From assembly GCA_002321395.1 (NCBI GenBank), contig DCMK01000068.1:1-52534 (forward strand): DNA of 52,534 nt, written 5' to 3'. This document shows, one piece after another, positions 49,993 to 52,534 of this stretch. The number at the start of each line of letters is the position of its first letter. The stretch's first letter is position 1. This DNA is from Bacillales bacterium UBA1624. Its GTDB lineage: Bacteria; Bacillota_I; Bacilli_A; RFN20; CAG-826. The position numbers and the translations under genes were made by a program. The notes under the pieces were generated by a model. The model saw only the letters and a list, made by a program, of their open reading frames with translations. It made no database searches and was not told the DNA's origin.

Positions 49993-50001
49993 TGGTATTC
50001 T
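49993..50001 (+). promoter_or_regulatory. extended -10 TGGTATTCT 7 nt upstream of the folD ATG (leaderless-type)
   Basis: TGGTATTCT-tttcatc-ATG (50009). No SD. Confidence 0.45.
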
Positions 50002-50008
50002 TTTCATC

Positions 50009-50806
50009 ATGGAAATCACCGAATTTGTTTCTGCGAGGAAAGCGGCTTTGAGGAAGAAAATCCAAAGCATGGATCGCCCTCCCCATTTGATGATCGTCTT
50101 GGCCAACGATGATCCTGCATCGGCTTCTTATGACCGGGGGAAGATGAAGGACGGGGGTGAAATCGGCGCGGTGGTGGAAATGACGAAGCTTGATCCTTCC
50201 GTCTCCGAAGGGGAGCTTTTAGCGAAGATCGACGAATTCAACGAAGATCCCGAGATCGATGGAATCATCGTTCAGCTCCCTTTGCCGAAGCACATCTCCG
50301 AAGAAAAAGTCAAAAAGGCCGTTAGCCCGGCCAAAGACGTCGATGGGTTCCACCCTTTATCTCCTTTTTATCCCTGCACGCCGTATGGGATCATCCTCTA
50401 CCTGGAACAAATCGGCTTTCCCTTCCGCGGGAAGAACGCGGTGGTTCTCGGCAGAAGCAACATCGTGGGGAAACCCATGGCTAAAATGCTGCTTAGCAAG
50501 GACTGTAACGTCACCGTTCTCCATAGCAAGACGAGCGAAGAGGATAAGGCATTTTATATTCGCCACGCCGACCTCATTGTGGTCGCGATTGGGCGTCAAG
50601 GTTTTTTGGACAATCGTTTCTCATACAAAAAGGATGCGGTTATCGTGGACGTCGGCATCAACCGCGGGGAGGATGGAAAACTTCATGGGGATGCGGTTCC
50701 CGGACTGCCGGTCGCGCTTCAAACCCCAGTTCCGAAAGGCGTTGGGTTGTTGACTCGCTTGGCTTTGATGGAAAACCTTGTAAAAGCTCACGAATTCAAG
50801 AGATAA
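50009..50806 (+). CDS. folD: bifunctional methylenetetrahydrofolate dehydrogenase/cyclohydrolase
   Basis: DPASASY, VQLPLP, DVDGFHP, GRSNIVGKP, VDVGINR, PVPKGVG. The track ORF 49718..50806 has a spurious Arg/Ser-rich N-terminal extension overlapping secG. Confidence 0.9.
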   Translation: MEITEFVSARKAALRKKIQSMDRPPHLMIVLANDDPASASYDRGKMKDGGEIGAVVEMTKLDPSVSEGELLAKIDEFNEDPEIDGIIVQLPLPKHISEEKVKKAVSPAKDVDGFHPLSPFYPCTPYGIILYLEQIGFPFRGKNAVVLGRSNIVGKPMAKMLLSKDCNVTVLHSKTSEEDKAFYIRHADLIVVAIGRQGFLDNRFSYKKDAVIVDVGINRGEDGKLHGDAVPGLPVALQTPVPKGVGLLTRLALMENLVKAHEFKR

Positions 50807-50826
50807 AATTGACTTTTTGCAAAATA

Positions 50827-50849
50827 AAACCCCTGTTTTGTAGGGGTTT
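50827..50849. terminator. bidirectional hairpin terminator between folD and the convergent membrane-protein gene
   Basis: AAACCCCT-gttttgt-AGGGGTTT, flanked by an A-run upstream and a T-rich tract downstream. Confidence 0.75.
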
Positions 50850-50854
50850 CTCGT

Positions 50855-51679
50855 TTATTGCTTTTCGCCCGGACTTTCTTTGCTTTCGATTTGAGGGACT
50901 TCGTGGTGCTCGATCTCTTGGACCTTCGCTTCGATGACCTTCGGCTCTTCCTCCGGTTTGGCATCTTGTTGCTTCTGCTTTTTTATCTTTGCCTTTTTTG
51001 GTTCTTTTTCTTTGGCTTCCCCGTGCGAGGATGAAGCATTTGCCTCCTGGATGGATTCCTTCTTCGCGCGCTTCCTCCAAGAAAGGATGGTGATCGTCAT
51101 TTGCGCCAAAGCGGCGATGGCGAGGACGGACCCCGTGAGAATCAAAGAGATGCGGAATTTGCTTTCGGAGTTGACGTTGTAAACGACGATGAGGAAGATC
51201 CCGACGCCAATCAAAATCGCGCCGAAGATGATCTCCAAAACTGGCATGAAGATCTTCTCGTTTTCTTTGCGGCAAATCGCCAGGATGGAAAAGATCAGGA
51301 ACAGCGTCCCAATGACGATCATCCCAATGGCCATGAAGTACACCATTGCATCGATGAATGTGTTTTTGATGACAAGCATCATGACGACGCCAAGCGTGAT
51401 TTCAAATCCACCGATGAGCATGATGGATTCTTCCGTCCTTTCCTGTTGCTTCAAAAAGCTCATGATGATGCGGAGGAGCCCGTCGAGAATGACGAAGCTC
51501 GCGACGGAGTAAGTCAAAATATCCTGGATATTTTTCGGAAATTCGCCGTTTTCGGCTTTGGCGATGCATCCGAAGACGATCGCGAGGACTCCAGCCACCA
51601 GGAGAATGGTGGCTTCGGCGACGTTCCACACAGTCCAAAATCTCAAGGCGATTTTTTGTTTTTGTTTGGCTTCTTCCAT
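50855..51679 (-). CDS. polytopic membrane protein (about 6 TM) with a Lys/Glu-rich C-terminal tail; unknown function
   Basis: 274-aa ORF with multiple hydrophobic helices. The tail is EAKEKEPKKAKIKKQKQQDAKPEEEPK. SD-like AAGGAAAGGGAAG upstream. Confidence 0.6.
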   Translation of the reverse strand: MEEAKQKQKIALRFWTVWNVAEATILLVAGVLAIVFGCIAKAENGEFPKNIQDILTYSVASFVILDGLLRIIMSFLKQQERTEESIMLIGGFEITLGVVMMLVIKNTFIDAMVYFMAIGMIVIGTLFLIFSILAICRKENEKIFMPVLEIIFGAILIGVGIFLIVVYNVNSESKFRISLILTGSVLAIAALAQMTITILSWRKRAKKESIQEANASSSHGEAKEKEPKKAKIKKQKQQDAKPEEEPKVIEAKVQEIEHHEVPQIESKESPGEKQ

Positions 51680-51732
51680 AAATCTTCCCTTTCCTTTTCC
51701 TTGCTTTAGTATAGTCGGGAAAGGGTCGGGAT

Positions 51733-52534
51733 ATGAAGAAAACTATCTTAAAAGAATACGCGAAACTTCTAGTCGTTTCCGGATTGGCCTTAAAGAAGGG
51801 GCAAAACGTCGTGATTCAGGCCAATTGCGATCAAGAGGATTTCGTTTCCCTGGTTGTCGAACAGTGCTATTCGGCCGGAGCGAACCGGGTTTTCGTCCGT
51901 TGGAACTCGCAGAAGGTTGGGCGGGTCGCCTATAAGAAAGCAAAACAAAAAGCATTGGAAGAAGTCCTTCCTTTCGAAGAAGCGGAAGAGGCGTGGAAGA
52001 GCGAGGATCTACCTTGCTCCCTGTGGATCGATTCCGATGATCCGGACGGGAACCGTGGGGTTGACGCGAACAAAGTCGCTTCGATCCGAGCGGCTCGTTA
52101 TCACGTTTTGGGGAAGTACAAGGAGGCGCGCGAGAACCGTTATCAGTGGTGCATTGCCGGAGCGGCTTCTCCGGAGTGGGCCAAAAAGGTTTTCCCGGGC
52201 CTTAGGAAATCTTTGGCCGTCGAAAAACTTTGGGAGGCGATCCTTTTGACTTCGCGAGCCCAAGATGGGAAAGGGATCGAGAACTGGGAAAAGCACAACA
52301 CGGAACTGAAGAAGCGCTGCGCTTATTTGAATTCGCTTCGTTTGAAGGAGTTGCATTATACCTCTTCTAATGGCACGGATTTGAGGGTCGGTTTGATCCC
52401 TGGGGTGAATTTTCAAGGAGGCGGGGAGAAAACCAAAGGCGGCGATTTCGAATTTCAGCCGAACATCCCATCCGAAGAATGCTTCACTTCCCCCAGAAAA
52501 GGGGAAGCGGAAGGGGTCGTTTATAGCGCGAAGC
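51733..52534 (+). CDS. M29-family aminopeptidase (AmpS/PepS-like), N-terminal part (3' end outside window)
   Basis: Not in the ORF track because no stop falls inside the window. My translation from ATG 51733 reads MKKTILKEYAKLLVVSGLALKKGQNVVIQAN...GANRVFVRW...PNIPSEECFTSP with no stop to nt 52534. The pattern is typical of aminopeptidase II/T. Confidence 0.8.
   Translation, partial: MKKTILKEYAKLLVVSGLALKKGQNVVIQANCDQEDFVSLVVEQCYSAGANRVFVRWNSQKVGRVAYKKAKQKALEEVLPFEEAEEAWKSEDLPCSLWIDSDDPDGNRGVDANKVASIRAARYHVLGKYKEARENRYQWCIAGAASPEWAKKVFPGLRKSLAVEKLWEAILLTSRAQDGKGIENWEKHNTELKKRCAYLNSLRLKELHYTSSNGTDLRVGLIPGVNFQGGGEKTKGGDFEFQPNIPSEECFTSPRKGEAEGVVYSAK

Noticed and set aside
49718-50008. Long N-terminal extension of the folD ORF overlapping secG.
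   Set aside because: The Arg/Ser-rich translation overlaps the well-supported secG frame and its terminator. The FolD homology begins at MEITEF (50009).

Overview
Densely coding chromosomal segment with moderate GC (not computed). Gene order is Bacillota-like: pcrA-ligA, gatCAB, dnaX-ybaB-recR-tmk-holB-yaaT/ricT-rsmI, prfA-prmC-tsaC, comFA-comFC, secA-prfB, uvrB, secG, folD. I call 46 protein-coding genes, two of them cut by the window edges. I saw no rRNA, tRNA, CRISPR array, IS element, integrase or prophage signature. The content is mostly housekeeping, and I found no convincing stand-alone novel multi-gene system such as a defence island. Eight observations deserve a second look. (1) At least 8 transcription-unit starts have a consensus or extended -10 box only 6-11 nt upstream of the ATG and no Shine-Dalgarno, suggesting leaderless or near-leaderless mRNAs. 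Operon-internal genes, by contrast, carry strong AAGGAGG sites. (2) copA and a copZ-like domain form an in-frame fusion that keeps an intact SD+ATG at the junction. (3) tsaC(YrdC-type) and rpiB form a similar in-frame fusion, also with SD+ATG retained at the junction. (4) An 868-aa arginine-decarboxylase/agmatine-deiminase fusion is followed by N-carbamoylputrescine amidase, giving arginine to putrescine in two ORFs. (5) A polytopic membrane protein carries four YegP/DUF1508 repeats behind a Glu/Lys/Pro-rich linker. (6) prfB has a classic +1 programmed frameshift that the ORF track misses. (7) csoR-copA is preceded by a clear CsoR-type operator, and the csoR start codon is ambiguous. (8) Five orphan membrane-protein genes lie between asnS and pcrA, with convergent genes sharing a TTAA stop overlap. 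All functional calls rest on motif recognition by eye; no database search was possible.
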